DNA from: Narcine bancroftii
Taxonomy: Eukaryota
Reading direction: 5' to 3'
NCBI RefSeq assembly: GCF_036971445.1
Contig: NC_091476.1
Coordinates: 107,880,001-107,944,000, forward strand
DNA length: 64,000 nucleotides
Shown piece by piece: positions 34,926 to 48,677 of the stretch. The translations under genes and the position numbers were made by a program. The notes under the pieces were generated by a model. That model saw only the letters and a list, made by a program, of their open reading frames with translations. It ran no database searches and was not told where the DNA came from. How positions within the stretch are numbered: position 1 is the stretch's first letter; each line of letters begins with the position of its first letter.

Positions 34926-37267
34926 TAGGTGCTTATCCCTTTTCTGTAATTCCGAAAACCAAACCATTCCATGGATATTATGAGCTCAACAAACATGACC
35001 TGACGTGACCCACACTCAACTCGTGCTTAAATATCCCGTGTTGGTTTGTGTCGTTAATTAGTGGAATTCGAGGGAATGCTTATTTTATAAGTGCCACCAG
35101 GGAAGAATAAAGTCCAGCACCTCTGATTCGCTGTATAAGAGCACTCCATTTGTCAAAGATGGCATGACCTCGATGTCAGAGGTCATTGATATCAGTCACC
35201 TCTGCTTCTCACTGACTTTGAAGACTGTGAAAATGTCGAAAAGAGCTGCAGAGTCCCCTTTGGGTAACAGTAAGAAGCTGAAAAGGAAGCATTTGTCATT
35301 ATCAGCAGCACTGAGAGTAGAGTTATTGCAATAGTTTGATTGTGGTATATCTGTGCAGCGTTTATCTAAAGATTATGGTGTGGGCACTGTGACAGATTAT
35401 AGACATGTTTTTGGGAGATAAATTGGGGCAGGTTTTTTAGTGTAGGGCACATACAAACATTTCAAAACAGATCTAATTTAAAATACTGGAGCTCTGCTTA
35501 AGCTAGACAGTCTGGCTCCAAGAGCCTTTGCAAAAGCTTTGGAGAGTTCCCAAGAGACTTCACTAAGGGATTGTTGTTTTGAAAAGGAACTCGAAGGAGT
35601 AGGTTCAGAGCTGCAGGCTGTCTGGGAGTACTGCTTGCTGTTCTCAGCGGCTTGTGTTTTTTTGCAAGCAGAGAGGGAGTCAAACTGGCTTTTCTCACAG
35701 AGAGAGAGAGAGAGTGGGATTAGTTCTGCAGTTTTTCACTCAGCAGCAACAGCTGGGACTGGAACAGGCCAAGCTGGCAAGCTTGTGGAAAAACCCCATT
35801 TGAAAAATGGGTTGTGAGTGCTTAGTTCAGCCTGGTCAAAGCCTTTGTGGCTCATACAAGAGGAGAGGACTGGCTGCCTAATGTTTCAATGAAATAAGAG
35901 AAACAAAAAGGAACTCTGTGGTGTCCTGAAAAAAAGAGGTTATCATCTGGAAAACCCTGATGGGGCAAGTTTCTTCAGCAAGACACTGAAGTGATTAAAA
36001 GGAATCAGTTGTGGGTGTCCAGTGAACACTGACAAGAACCTTCCTGAGTGGTAACTATTTACCTTTCAAGCACCAAAGCCTGGTGAATTTCATAAATGTT
36101 AAATTCTGTGCACAGTATAAGAATGCCTGCAACCAGTAAACTTGGAGGAATGAGAAGTGAGATTGGACTGTGAATCAAAGAACTTTTCTGAACTTCTGAC
36201 CATTTGTCTTAGTGAATATCTATTGATGCTGGATTTTGAGATCCTCTGGGCTCGTAACAGCATTAATACCATATATGACTTAAGGAAACAGAAAATTAAG
36301 TTGAAGTTTTACAGTGACTGTGGTGACCATAGACTAATGAAAAATAGGAAAACATTGACTAGGGCGGATATTGACCATGAGCTGAAAGAAGTGAAAGTGT
36401 GCCACATGACTGGTTTGCTTGTCATGAGACAAGCTAGAAAATTCCATGAAGAACTAAACCTTGAAGGTGAATGTGAATATTCAGATCGAAGCCACATTTA
36501 AAAAAAATGCTTGGCACAAACTTTGGCCTGCAACAGTGTTCGCTGAAAATAAACCTGCAGCTGAAAACTTTGAAGGATTCCATGACAGTGACGAGGAGAA
36601 TGATCGCGAACCTCATTACTTTTATGCCAAAAATATTGCAGCTGAAAATCTAAATACATTAAATGCATCTGACATCATAGAAGTGCTGAACATTGATAAT
36701 TATGCACCTGATGTGCATTACTTGAATAATGGAGAAATTACTGACATGGTGTTACTTAACGATAAGCATGTCCAAAGTAGTGATGAGGAGGAAGACTTTG
36801 TGAATGCAGGTGAAAAAATTCCCATAGTTGATATGGTTAAAATGTGCGATCAGTTAATTGGTGGCATGGAACAATGTGAATTTATCACTGAGCATGTGAT
36901 TATGGCAGTGTATTTAATTAAAGAGACACTGGTTAGACAAAACCTCTTGATGAAACAGTTAATACTGCAATAAGTCCTTAAAAAGAATCCAACCTGAAGA
37001 CCTTATAATGTGCTTTTATGTTTGAAGTTTTAATGCATGTTTTACTTAAAAGTCATTTGTTTGAAGTTTTGACGTTTTACTTAAAAATAAAAAGTACGCT
37101 AGCTATTTTATTGTCTTTCTTTATCTCAACCCCCCCACCCCGACCAGCGCCGTGTGTCTTTGTTTTGCGCTAATTTGTACCACTGCAATTTCAATTCCAA
37201 AAACAAATAGTCCGAATACTGAAAAGTGCCTGGTCCCAAGGATTTCGGATAAAAGGTTAGGCCCCTG
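34926..37267 (+). mobile_element. Tigger/pogo (Jerky/TIGD-like) DNA transposon, internally deleted and split by a solo LTR
   Basis: TA flanks and imperfect TIRs (tAGGTGCTTATCCCTTT / CAGGGGCCTAACCTTTT). Transposase MSKRAAESP..KRKHLSLS..RVELLQ*...DYGVG|INTIYDLRKQK (psq HTH), a CENP-B-like HTH remnant, then a jump to NAWHKLWP with the DDE core absent. Confidence 0.82.
35388..36259 (+). mobile_element. Solo LTR (Gypsy-type)
   Basis: TGTGAC...GTAACA with 4-bp flanks GCAC/GCAT. Removing it restores the transposase reading DYGVGINTIYDL. Homologous to the LTR at 24624-30724. Confidence 0.85.
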
Positions 37268-38547
37268 TATTAGGAATGGCTTCTTGAGAAATTCAGAGGA
37301 TAATAAAACTAGTATACCCTCAGTTCTCAAACACAATTGGGGTTTCCACCAATTAAATTTCATAACTAATTATATTAAAATAGAGTTGGCATAAATAATT
37401 AATTTATTTGTTTAGCTACACCATGGAGAGGCATGTTGATTGGAGAAGGTTACTACACGAAGCTGGCCTACAATGCTGCAGGAAGAGGAAGGGTGATCCT
37501 ATTTAGGCCATGCACACGCTTGAAGTCAACAGACATTGCTGCTACTTATGGCACAATGCTCTAACTGTGCCTTCTAAGAGTAAAACATGAATTATTTGAG
37601 AGCATTTTTGCAGCCTATTTTATTCAAACATATCAAAATTGGAAGTAGTCACCATATATACTTAAAGAGATTTTTATGAAGGCCAGTTTCAAAGTGTTGC
37701 TCGTGTTAGTGGGACAATAAGTGACATAAAAACTATTTTCACGTTACTTTTGGAATCATTCACTGAATTTGATATTCTCATATTATAGGTAATAAATGTA
37801 ATTGCTCCAAGCTTTTGACGGCCATTAAATTTAAATCCAGTGGTTATAAATATTTGGAATTTTACACATTCAGCTTTACTGAGGTCACAACTTTATACTA
37901 TGTTTTGTCTCTGGAATTAGAATGTTAAAAATGTGAAAGTGGATAAATGCATTGCTTAAAATTTGAAACTTTTGTATTTTTTGATTAATTTTTGGAGTGT
38001 TCTCTGATTACTTTCATTACTTGACAAAATTAAGGCAAATGAATTCCATTTTTAAAATATGAGCTCATCCACTTTGGACCTGGATGTGGGCTTGAGTTTA
38101 ACATCTAAAGGAAATTTGGACAGGTACATGGATGGGAGAGGTATGGTGGGCTATGGATTGAGTGCAGGTCAGTAGGACTAGGCAAGAAAAAATGGTTTGG
38201 CACAGACTAGAGGGGCAGAAGTGTCTGTTTCTGTGCTGTAATTGATCTATGATTTTAAATACATTTCTTTTAATTGTTGAAATGCTCAAAGCAATGGAGG
38301 TTGCTGAGTCTCCAAAAGTTGACCTGCATGAGATTAAGGATGATTTCTTCTCAAATCATATTTCTAATTTTTGGATATGTATAGAACTTCTGTTTACATT
38401 GCACTGATCGAAAAATGTTGGTTTTCAGCATTGGTGCATTTAATCATTATTACTCTGGCTGAGTTTAAAAAAAATGTTTACAATGAATAGATTGCAATGG
38501 TTGATTTTTTTTCATTACATCTAATTAAAATTATCTTTAATTTATAG

Positions 38548-41201
38548 TTGAATCTCCTCAAAGGAAGCTTCGAGGAAGACAACGGACTTTTTCTTCTCAA
38601 AGCTCAGATGTATTATCAGATTCGTCTTCTGCATTGTCACCTCCAAACAAGCTTGAGTTGAAGCCTGTTGAAAAAGAAAAGAAGCAAGAATTAAACACCA
38701 GTGAGAGAAAGAGGGGTCGGCCTCCAGTGTTAAGCAATCCAAAACTTCATGTCACACAGGACAAGAAAGAAACGACAAATGGGAAAACAGAGAAACAAAA
38801 AAATGAAAAAGAAAAGAAAATGAAGAAGAAACCTGTGTTGTTGCAGCAGGTATCAAAAATAAAGAAACTAAGAGTAGTTAAACTGTCACCTTTGCAGTCC
38901 AAATTAAAGAAAGCTAAACTACAGATTAATAGCAATGGGAGCAAGATTGAACGTAAGCGAGGGAGACCGCCGTCTTCAGAGCGATTGAAGACTGTTTCAA
39001 AACTCCTTGTTCCAGCACAAACCAAGCAACAAAAGAGAATACGCAAGGAGAAAGATGGCACACATACGCAAAAGTCATCCGTGACAAAGGAAATGAAGTC
39101 TGCTGTCAGACAGAGGCCCCGCCGGATAACCAAACCAGTCAGAGTTGTTCCTGTCACAAAAAGGACTGATGCAACTATTGCAAAGCAACTTTTGCAGCGA
39201 GCCAAAAAAGGTGCTCAGAAACGCATGGCTTCACCTCAGCTGAAAAATATACGCCAGTTTATCATGCCAGTCATCAGTGCTATTTCTTCAAGAATAATTA
39301 AGACTCCTAAAAGATTTATTGAAGATGATAGCTATGTACCTCCTGTCAAAGCTCCACGTCTGGAGTCAACTCCAACAAGTCGATTCAGCTCAATATCTTG
39401 TGGATCTAGTGAGAAGTCTAGTGCTGTTTCACAACATTCTTCACAAATATCTTCTGACTCTTCAAGATCAAGCAGCCCCAGTGTTACCTCCACTGATTCA
39501 CAGGTATCTGATGAATTGCAGACTCTTCCTGAAGAACCAACTCAGTCAACTGATTTGCATAGTTGTTTAAATGCCTCACAATCCAGTGAGCCAGGAGGGA
39601 TAGAGAAAAAGGGTCACCGATTTTCAATGGCAGAAAGAACAAATAATACAAGCAAGAAATTGCCAACTTCTTCACCACAGCCAACATCTTCATCACCTCC
39701 GCCACCCCTGCTTTCTCCTCCTCCTCCTCCTCTTCAGCAAACTTCAAACATATCTGATCATTCTCCCTGGCTGATGCCTCAAACCATACCATTCATTTCA
39801 CCACCAACAAGCCTGCCAGAAAAACGGAAGTCTATCTTAAGAGAGCCAACATTTAAGTGGACATCCCTCAAAAATCCAAGGCCAGAATCGCACCATTACT
39901 TCTCCTCAGCAAAGTATGCCAAAGAAGGTCTTATTCGGAAGCCAATATTCGATAACTTCATAACCTCACCTCTAACTCCTGAAGATGTCGGTTTGTCATC
40001 CAGGTTTCATTCATCTTCCAGTACATCATCATCTCGTTTTTTTTCTTCACTTCACCCTACCTCCAGGTTTGATACTCATAAGAGAAGTCCACTGCTCCGA
40101 GCTCCACGATTCACTCCTAGTGAAGCACACTCTAGGATTTTTGAGTCTGTTACAGTATCACCCCGCAGTCTGGTTCGATCTTCAGTTTCTGCCTCTGGTA
40201 AAGGGCATTCTTCCAAAAGGAAGAACAAAGAGTTGCACATTTCAAGCCGGATTGATCCAAAATCCCCATCGCACTCCATGAGAACCAGAAGTGGACGATT
40301 AATTTCTGCAGATCTGTCACCAATCACTCCACAAACACCTGTAACATCCTCGTCTCCTGTAAGCTCCATACTAACTGGTGCCTTAACTCCTCCTCTTGGT
40401 GGTTTGGTGCAATCTGAAGGCTCATCAAGGGATAAAGATGGTAGAACGAAACTAGCATCTCGACAGACCAGCACACCGGGGGATAGCTTTTCTGCAGATA
40501 CAGCCAGTCCATCATCTCCATTGTTTCCATCATTAGCACTTAGTGCCCAAAAGGAAAAAGTCAAGAGTAGGGAGAAGCATACTGAAGATATGCTCAAAGA
40601 GAAAGATTCTGAGAAAGGGTCAGAAAAAGACAGAGAACGAGATAAAGAAAAGGAAAATAAACGAGAAACAAGGAAGGAAAAGAAATTGCAGAGTAAGGGA
40701 GCAGATCCTCAGAGCCCTGCACCATTGTTCCTTTTCCCAATTGCAGTGGATGAGGATCGAACTGCTGCAGAGGATGTGGCTGCCTCCTCTTCAATTAAAA
40801 AAGTTTCAGGGAGAGCCAAAAAGTCAAGTTCAACAGATAAAAGTACAGGAAGTTTGGGGGATGGTCCTTCGTCAATTCCCTCTGATGCAAAGAACAAAAA
40901 CTCAAAAAAAGGTCGACCTGGAACTGAAGAGATAGCGCCTGTACCTGGTGGAACAGAAAGCAATGCAGCTGCATCCATAGGCAACAAGGATAAGTCTCCT
41001 CGACATTCTTCTTTAACCTCCATGCTCTCATCTGGCACTCTTAAACATTCTGCACCTGCTATTAGTAGCATGCTAGCACAAGCAGACAAAATGCCAACAA
41101 CTGATAAGCGGGTGGCAAACCTTTTGAGAAAGGCTAAAGCACAGCTTTACAAGATTGAAAAGAACAAGTCATTAAAAATTGCTAACCCAACAAAATCTCA
41201 G
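38548..41201 (+). CDS. KMT2A: KMT2A coding exon 3 (2654 nt; AT-hooks, SNL regions)
   Basis: tttatag|TTGAATCT...TCTCAG|gtacc, open throughout. Contains RKRGRPP twice, DATIAKQLLQRAKKGAQK, NIRQFIMPV, YFSSAKYAKEGLIRKPIFDNF, RAPRFTPSEAHSRIFES and DKRVANLLRKAKAQL. Confidence 0.97.
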
Positions 41202-42900
41202 GTACCTTTTTTTGTTTAGAATGATCATCTATTAGTCTTTAAATTATGTGGTTTAAGAAAATATTAATATTTCGCTATTTAAATACTGCTTTTAATTGTA
41301 TAATTTAATTTCTTCTGAAGATGCAGCTGATCTCTTTATCTTTTTGTGTATTTTTTCCTCAGTAAAACATTTAAATGCTCTATTTTTAAATCAAAAAATC
41401 TTTTTCAGATAGTTTCATTCTATTTCAATTTATAATTATTATTTGATTCATGGTTACGAATAATTAATTTCTTTAAGAAATCTTGTAAGGTAAACCAGTA
41501 TAGCTTGTCACATTTAACACTTCTTTCTTTTCATTGCACCTTGCAAGTGCCAATGTTATTTACTCTTTAGAGAATTGCTTTAGTTTAGAGCGAGTCCAGC
41601 TAAAGCATTATACAATAATTAACACTACTCTGTGGTGAGTTAGTGTGTGTGACTAGTTTGTTAATGAAAAGTTCTCAGTGATGTGAGGTGTATTTAGAGT
41701 TTTGTTTATATTCCCTTGCCCTCTGAACCCAGTTGAGTAACTCATGTAGCCCAGGGTGGTTTGCTTGGTATTGCTACATGTTTTTATGTGTATACATCAA
41801 AGCAAATCAATTTCCACTTTTCTGCAAATGCCTCTGATCTGTCAGTATGTGGAAAAAGATAATAAGTATGTGAGCTTAAGTCATATACATATTGTCTGTA
41901 TGCTGTTGGGTTTTAATTTTGTACTCAAGAAGACATTCTAATTACAAAAATTTGCCCATTCAAATATCAGAAGAAAATGAAAGGACAATTACCCTGTTTG
42001 ACATGCCCATATAATTTCTTTACAGTATGTTAATACAAGTGCCACAGCCAGCACCTACCTGTCATGACATTTTATTTTAATATTATATCTGAAAGTTCTG
42101 ATCTATTGGGTGAAGTGCTCAAAATTCAAATGTTTTTTTTTTTATCATGTGTGTATTTTCTTCAGGAAATATTATTCTAGAGGCCATATTATGATGGCAG
42201 AGCAAAACATCTGTATAAGGTTTCCATTGGAAGCTCTTGGAAAGTTTTATCATTGGGATACTAGCACTAGCTTTGAAGCTCAATACCCCAGCTAATTTTG
42301 CACTTTCATCTTTCAGTTGCTCTAGCCTATTTAAATGGAATATAAATGATTTGGAAATTAATGGATGATTGATATAATCTGAAATTACTATGATTAGTGG
42401 CCCTGAAATTCTACAAGCATGTGCTGAATTTTTTGCTAACGAGGGTTTATTTTCCAAATAGTGAATAGAAGGTAAACTCATCAGAATAAGCTTCTAGGAA
42501 AGGGAGAGAGAGGAGAGGATGGTGTTGACAAATATTTTGGTGGGAAGTAATTTCTTCCTGGTATGTTCAAAGAAAATATCTACATCCAAAGCTTTAGAGA
42601 GTAACATTTCCATAAGGAAGTCATGACTGGCATCTGCCACCTGTTGCAACTACAAATAGGCCATAAAAACAGAGCATGGACCCCACTCAGTGGCTGAGAA
42701 GGTGATAATGGTAAATTTAGTACATTTTGGGTGAAATCTGCCAACTACCTGTTTATTGTTTAAAATATTGTCTCCTACCATTCCTTCCCCACCAACTTCC
42801 ACTCGACGAGATGAGAGAGACCACATAACATAATAACATGAAGGCATCCTTGGGCTGATTGGCAGCTAGTTACTCAGAAGCATGAGATGGCCATCTAGAC

Positions 42901-43107
42901 CAGCCATTCTCAATAACGGCCCTATGGCCCTCCCTGGTGGCCACAGCACATTTGAGTAAAAAGCCTCTTCTCTTTTCACCTCGCATAATATACATTATTT
43001 ATGTAGTCAGTAGGAGAGAAGTACAGAAGAAACCAGAACTTCAGAGAAAGGGATCCATAAACTTTGAACAGAGTCCTGGGGTGCAAAAGGTGAAAAAAGA
43101 ATGGTTG
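42901..43107. mobile_element. hAT (Charlie-like) MITE
   Basis: Ends CAGCCATTCT / AGAATGGTTG with degenerate 8-bp flanks atctagac/atttagtt. Same family as 59440-59642. Confidence 0.6.
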
Positions 43108-43659
43108 ATTTAGTTAGTACCATTTTATCTTGTAAGAGAAAGTGGGACCCATACTGACTCTTGGGAGAAATCCCATTGTCACTTCATTTCCCTCTTTCCT
43201 GCAATCAAACTTTTGTCTTGACAAACTTGTCTGTGTCAGTAACTCCATCCCACTCATCAGCCACTATCACAGATAAAATAATATTTCACTCCAAAGCTGT
43301 GAATTAATTTATATATCTAAAATTCAACTTGCTGTTCTGTCGTCTCTTAATTTTCTGACATAGTCTTGTCCTAATGGCTGTATCCTGACTGGTTAAAAAT
43401 AAACTGTTGCCCTTCAGTAGAGTGGATTCCAATTTCCTGATATTTGACTGACAATTTTGAATTGTGTGATGAGGGAAATTCTGATCAGATATATGAAACA
43501 TTAGCAAATGTCAGATTTGGCATGCTTAGCAGTTCTTGAGAACTCCTTTGGCTAGCTAAGGGCAACTAAGTGGCAAATCCAAATATAATAAGTTTCATGA
43601 GTTAGTGATATATCGCTGTTAGTTTGTGTTTGCCTACACTGATATGAAAATAAACTACA

Positions 43660-43986
43660 CTGATTATCCAAAATGGGATTCTACAAAATCCTCGCTTAGC
43701 CGAAATTAAGAAAAAAAAAATTGGATAAATGAGGATATCCCAAACAAATCAGAAATCCTCATTTATCTGGAATTTTTTTCGGAGCTGAACTGACTGGGGA
43801 TCTTGGGCTCCTGGAGGTGGCACTGGGGACCTTGGGCTCCCATGCAGGAGTGGGAACTTCAGGCTCCCAGCACGAGTGAGGCCTTGGTGGGGAGGTGTCA
43901 GTGATCAGCAGTGGCCAGTATTTAAAAAAAAAAATCGGAAAAAAAAAACCTGGTTTTGACCATTTTGGATAATCGGAGTTGTACTG
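43660..43986. mobile_element. pogo/Tigger-like MITE (copy 2, inverted relative to copies 1 and 3)
   Basis: ctgattatccaaaatgg...ggataatcggagttgtactg|TA. The left terminus is eroded. Confidence 0.7.
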
Positions 43987-44857
43987 TAGGTTCAGGCATA
44001 GAATATTAAAAGCCTGATTAATTTGGACCAGATTTTGTTGTTCTTAGATGTATGGATAATAATGCTCTTGTGGTTCATGTATAATTTTTTTTGTATTCTT
44101 GTACATTTCTACTTTTCCATGTGACTGTAAAGGAGGTCTTTTAAAAGATGCAGAAGAAACATTGGCAATAGTCGTGGTCCAGTCAAGAGCTTATCATTGT
44201 TATTTCAAATGTATTATTTGATTTTGTGGAATCTTAATTTCTCCTTGTTCCTAATATTTTCACATAAAAATATTTGCCTGACTCACTCATACTGGCCAAA
44301 ATACCTAACTATGCTAATCCCAGTTTCCTGCATTTGGCCCATATTACTTGATTCCTTTGTACCTGTACCTGCCAAATTTTTTTAAAAACTTATTTGGTGT
44401 TGGTCTCTACCACCTTCTTTGGCAGCTTGTTTCATATACCCACCACCTTCTTTGTGGGGAAAGATAACTTGCCCCTCAGATCTCCTTTAAATATTTCCCC
44501 CAAACTTGAATCTTTTTCTTCTGGTTTTAGATCCCACAGTCCATGGAAAAAGATCATCTAGCCTATCTTTACCATTCATAATTGTATTAACTTCTGTAAA
44601 ATTACTTCTTCATCTCTGGAGAACATCCCTGTCTATAAGTGTAATTTTGTTTTCCTATTACTGGAAGGATGTGGAGTCTTCTTGGCCTATAGTTTCTTGG
44701 CTTATCCCTACTGCCTTTCTTGAACAATATTGGGAACAATATTGGCTGCCCTCCAGTCTATTGGCAACTCCCCTGTGGCTAAAGATGATGCAAAAATACT
44801 GACCAGCTCCAGTTATCTTCTCTATTACTTCCCATAGAATCCTGGTATAGACTTTTG

Positions 44858-45090
44858 AAATTTAGAAATACAAGATGGTAACAGGCCTTTTTGAGCCCCC
44901 CAATTACACCCAATTGACTTAGAACCTCTGGTAAGTTCTTGAATGGTGAGAGGAAACCAGAGCACCAGGAGGAAACCCAGGCTGACATGGGGAGAACGTA
45001 CAAACTTCTTACAGTGTAGGATTTGAACCCCAATCCCAATTGCTGGCACTGTTACAATGTTGCACTAACTGCTAAGCTAACCATGCTGCT
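44858..45090 (-). mobile_element. V-SINE-like element within CR1-like remnants
   Basis: Reverse-complement V-domain (gtaagaagtttgtacgttctccccatgtcagcctgggtttcctcctggtgctctggtttcctc). Confidence 0.7.
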
Positions 45091-46058
45091 CTTCTTCAGG
45101 TGCTTGAGATTTGTCCAACCTAATTGTGTGCTGCTAATATTGCAAACATTTCTGATTTCTTAATGCATTTATTCCAGGCAATCATCTTCTCTAACCCTCC
45201 ATCCACCCCATCCTTCTCCCCTGTGAATACCAACAAGTGTAATTATTTAGGACACCACATGTGTCCCCTGGCTCCACAGAGTATTTAACATTGTGGAAGG
45301 TAGGAGATCTCTTTTACATGATTCCATCATCAGACCTGAGTTGGCTTCTTGGAAGAGATCGCATGATTTTAGCTACAAATACATCGCATGGTTATTTCCT
45401 GATAAGGGAATGAACTGATTAACCTTTACTCAAATACCATGTGCTGGCTTGTCTTTGTGTGTTGATGGGTTTGTCCACATTCAAAGAGAATATTTTATTT
45501 TGCTGGTTCCTAACTTTTCGAGCTTTGTAAAGATGCAGTTTATATAATTGTGAAGATACAATCATACCAGTTATTATCTTGGTGGGCCAATTGGTGCATG
45601 GAATCACGAGTTCTACAAGTTTTTATCCATATCACAGAATTGTTACTGGGTTAAATTTCTGAATTTCCCCACCTAACAACACCATGGGTGTTGCTTCGGC
45701 ACAAAAGCTGTACTGTAGTTGTTGAATAGACTCATCACAACCATTTTCTCGAGGCCCTTTTCAGGATAAGTGAAAAATGCTGCCTTTGGCAATGGAACAC
45801 ATTGAGAATGAATATTGGAAAAAATAAATGTTCAATGTTAGAGATTGACAATTGCCAATGTTATTATTTCTGATATGACATTATTTCTGTGTCACATGTA
45901 TTCGGAGACCTTTTTAGGAAGTCTTTGACAAAGAGGATTGTGATTCATATTATACATTATTATCAATGAGCCTGCATGCACAATGAAAAGCACCCAGCTT
46001 TCTCTTTTACCTCCATCTCTCTGAATTATCTGTTCTAATATTTTGTTGATTATAATAG

Positions 46059-46236
46059 GGCCAAGAAAGTGATTCTTCAGAAACCTCAATACCAGGCCCT
46101 CGTATAAAGCACGTTTGCAGACGGGCTGCTGTCGCACTTGGTCGCAAAAGGGCGGTGTTTCCTGATGACATGCCTACCCTGAGTGCCTTGCCATGGGAGG
46201 AGCGAGAGAAGATACTTTCTTCGATGGGAAACGACG
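46059..46236 (+). CDS. KMT2A: KMT2A coding exon 4
   Basis: aatag|GGCCAA...GACG|gtaag. Encodes GQESDSSETSIPGPRIKHVCRRAAVALGRKRAVFPDDMPTLSALPWEEREKILSSMGND; 178 nt. Confidence 0.97.
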
Positions 46237-48451
46237 GTAAGACTATCAAAATATTTATTTGTTTACGTGATAAAGTTGTCAAGTGGGACCTGGAGACATT
46301 ATTGGTCCTCAGTGTGACTTTTTCAGACACAATTTTAATTGTAGATGGGCTTCTCGTTCTGAACAACTACTTAGTTACAATATTACATTTTCTAAAATAT
46401 GCAGTCCTAAAAGTATGATATCTTAAGAATTGGTAGGGATATTTTTAATTGGAATTTCAGCCTGAGGAATATAACAGATTATTGCAAACTATTCATTTGT
46501 ATTTGTTTGATCCATAACTATAAATACAACTACTGTAATATAATCATCTAAATCACCTTAAGAAATGTTATTATCTAGAAAGTGATGTTTGGACATTTTT
46601 ATTCTGTGAAATATTAACAGAACTTGAGCAATAAATTAAGTGGCTTTGATGTGATCCAACTGATTTCTAATTGAACTATTACTTCCAGTGCTTGTCTTTA
46701 CTTTGGACCAATGAAAGCATGCATTCAGAGAATATACAGCTGTTCAAATAGAATTCAAATTAATTGTATAAAAATACTGTTATTGCTGTCATTTTCAGGA
46801 AATCTCAGTTTGATTTTGTTTAAAGCAACATTTTAACAGAACAGTTTTATTTGCTTCGTAAAAGCACTGGTTGTTCCTCCTTTGTAAGTGAGATCCATAA
46901 ATTCATTAATTTATTGAATGAAAGACATTTTTGAACTTGGGTATTTTTAAAAACGATAATACTGCAAAAGTAGAATGGAGAGTATGCAGTATTTGTTACA
47001 AAAAAGTGGTGAATGACACAACAATTAATAACTACAATTTGATTTACAACTTTGTGAGCTGGATATTACTTTGCTATTACAGTTCCACCTTAGTGGAAAA
47101 GTGTTCACAATGTTTGATTGAAATTGGACAGCTATTCCTGGAACCGTTATGTTCATGTCTGGTTGTAGCTGTCTTCCAACAGATTAAAATTTAAATATTT
47201 GAGATGCACAGTTTTAAATATTTAAACTAAGGCTTGATGGATTTACAAAGATTGTGGAATATTTGTAAGCCAGGTTGAATTTTCCCTGCATGTGATGGAG
47301 TAGGGAAATGGAGTGAGACTTTTCCCTCCCCAGGGTTCTGCTTTGCTTTGGCATCAGCCTGAATTGTAAATATGTGTTGTAACTGAGCAATACTAAACTG
47401 ACTTTGAAAGTGAGCTTATTTACCATAGGATGATTGGGTGTTTGCCTCAGGTGGATACATTTGTTCAAATAAAACTTTGAAAACATGCTTGCATTTTTTT
47501 TTAGACTCAGGGTCAGTTTTTGTGGCAAATGTAAACAGTCATATTGGTATAGGGCATTTAAACTTTCTCTGGAAGTGATTAAGTTCATTCAAAGAATGAA
47601 GGAAACATTGATCTGTGTTTCTTTATGCAGTACCTGAACTTACAATGGAAAACTATAATCTGAACAAGCCTGGATTTGCTCAGTGTAATGTCAGTCTATT
47701 AGAATGTATAAAGCTAAATGTAATTACCTAGAAAGTGTTTCTCCAGCACATATGTGTATTGCACATCAACCACAGCATCTGCAGACTTTCCTGTTTAACT
47801 CAGAAGATTCACATTTTGCTTTTATTCAACCACATGAATGTTTCTAGGTCTTGCAATTAAAATTGAAGGATTAGATTAAAATTTTAAAACTAGTTCATGA
47901 CCGTAAAAGTAGCAAAGACATTCTTTTAGTTCTTGATAACATCAACATTTTTTACACCTGTAGCCAGCTGGGTATTCAAGGCAGTACGCAAAAAGCCTTT
48001 GAAATCCTCTAACCTGTGTTACACTAGTTTCATTATCAAAAATTACCCATACTGAATTCGTTACCTGTAAATCTTGGGAACAGAATAAAAATGTAATCAA
48101 ATTTATACAGTAAATTTTTTTTTCCAACATAACTTGACAATTATTGATGATATGGCCTTGTGTTTTGGAAAATCGTAATGCCGGCGGTTTTCTAGGAATG
48201 CAATCTTCCCTTCACACAGGGGATGTCTGTGCTTATTTATTTACCTGATAATACTTCTATTACAAACTTTTAAAAAAAAATCTTGGGTTCTTTAGATGAC
48301 TGTTGGTCAGTGGAAATTAAAACACTTCTAAGGTGAACAGGATCTCCAATGCTATGTATCCTTGGAGGATACCTCCAGGCTGAAACTCAGATTGGATTTT
48401 AACCACTTGCACTTGGGAAGCAATCAATAGGAAACTATCTCTGTCTTGCAG

Positions 48452-48677
48452 ATAAATCATCGGTAGCTGGGTCAGAGGATGCTGAACCACCCACACCAGT
48501 AATTAAACCAGTCGCCAAACACAAAGTCCCACAGGAGCCAATTGTTCGAAAAGGGAGGAGATCACGTAGGTGTGGGCAGTGTCCAGGCTGCCAGGTTCCA
48601 GATGACTGTGGCCAGTGTACAAATTGCTTGGATAAGCCCAAGTTTGGTGGTCGAAATGTCAAAAAGCAATGCTGCAA
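48452..48677 (+). CDS. KMT2A: KMT2A coding exon 5 (CXXC zinc finger)
   Basis: ttgcag|ATAAA...TGCAA|gtgagt. Contains RSRRCGQCPGCQVPDDCGQCTNCLDKPKFGGRNVKKQCC; 226 nt. Confidence 0.97.

Noticed and set aside
36157-36973. Functional JRK/TIGD gene
   Set aside because: It has a stop in the HTH, an LTR insertion, no DDE core, and flanking TIRs.
38747-41089. Antisense and alternative-frame ORFs over exon 3
   Set aside because: No recognisable domains; these are expected shadows of a long low-complexity coding exon.
38634-41219. 861-aa ORF as a stand-alone single-exon gene
   Set aside because: It starts at a TTG, the frame is open back to a splice acceptor at 38547, and it runs past a donor at 41202. 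It is KMT2A exon 3.
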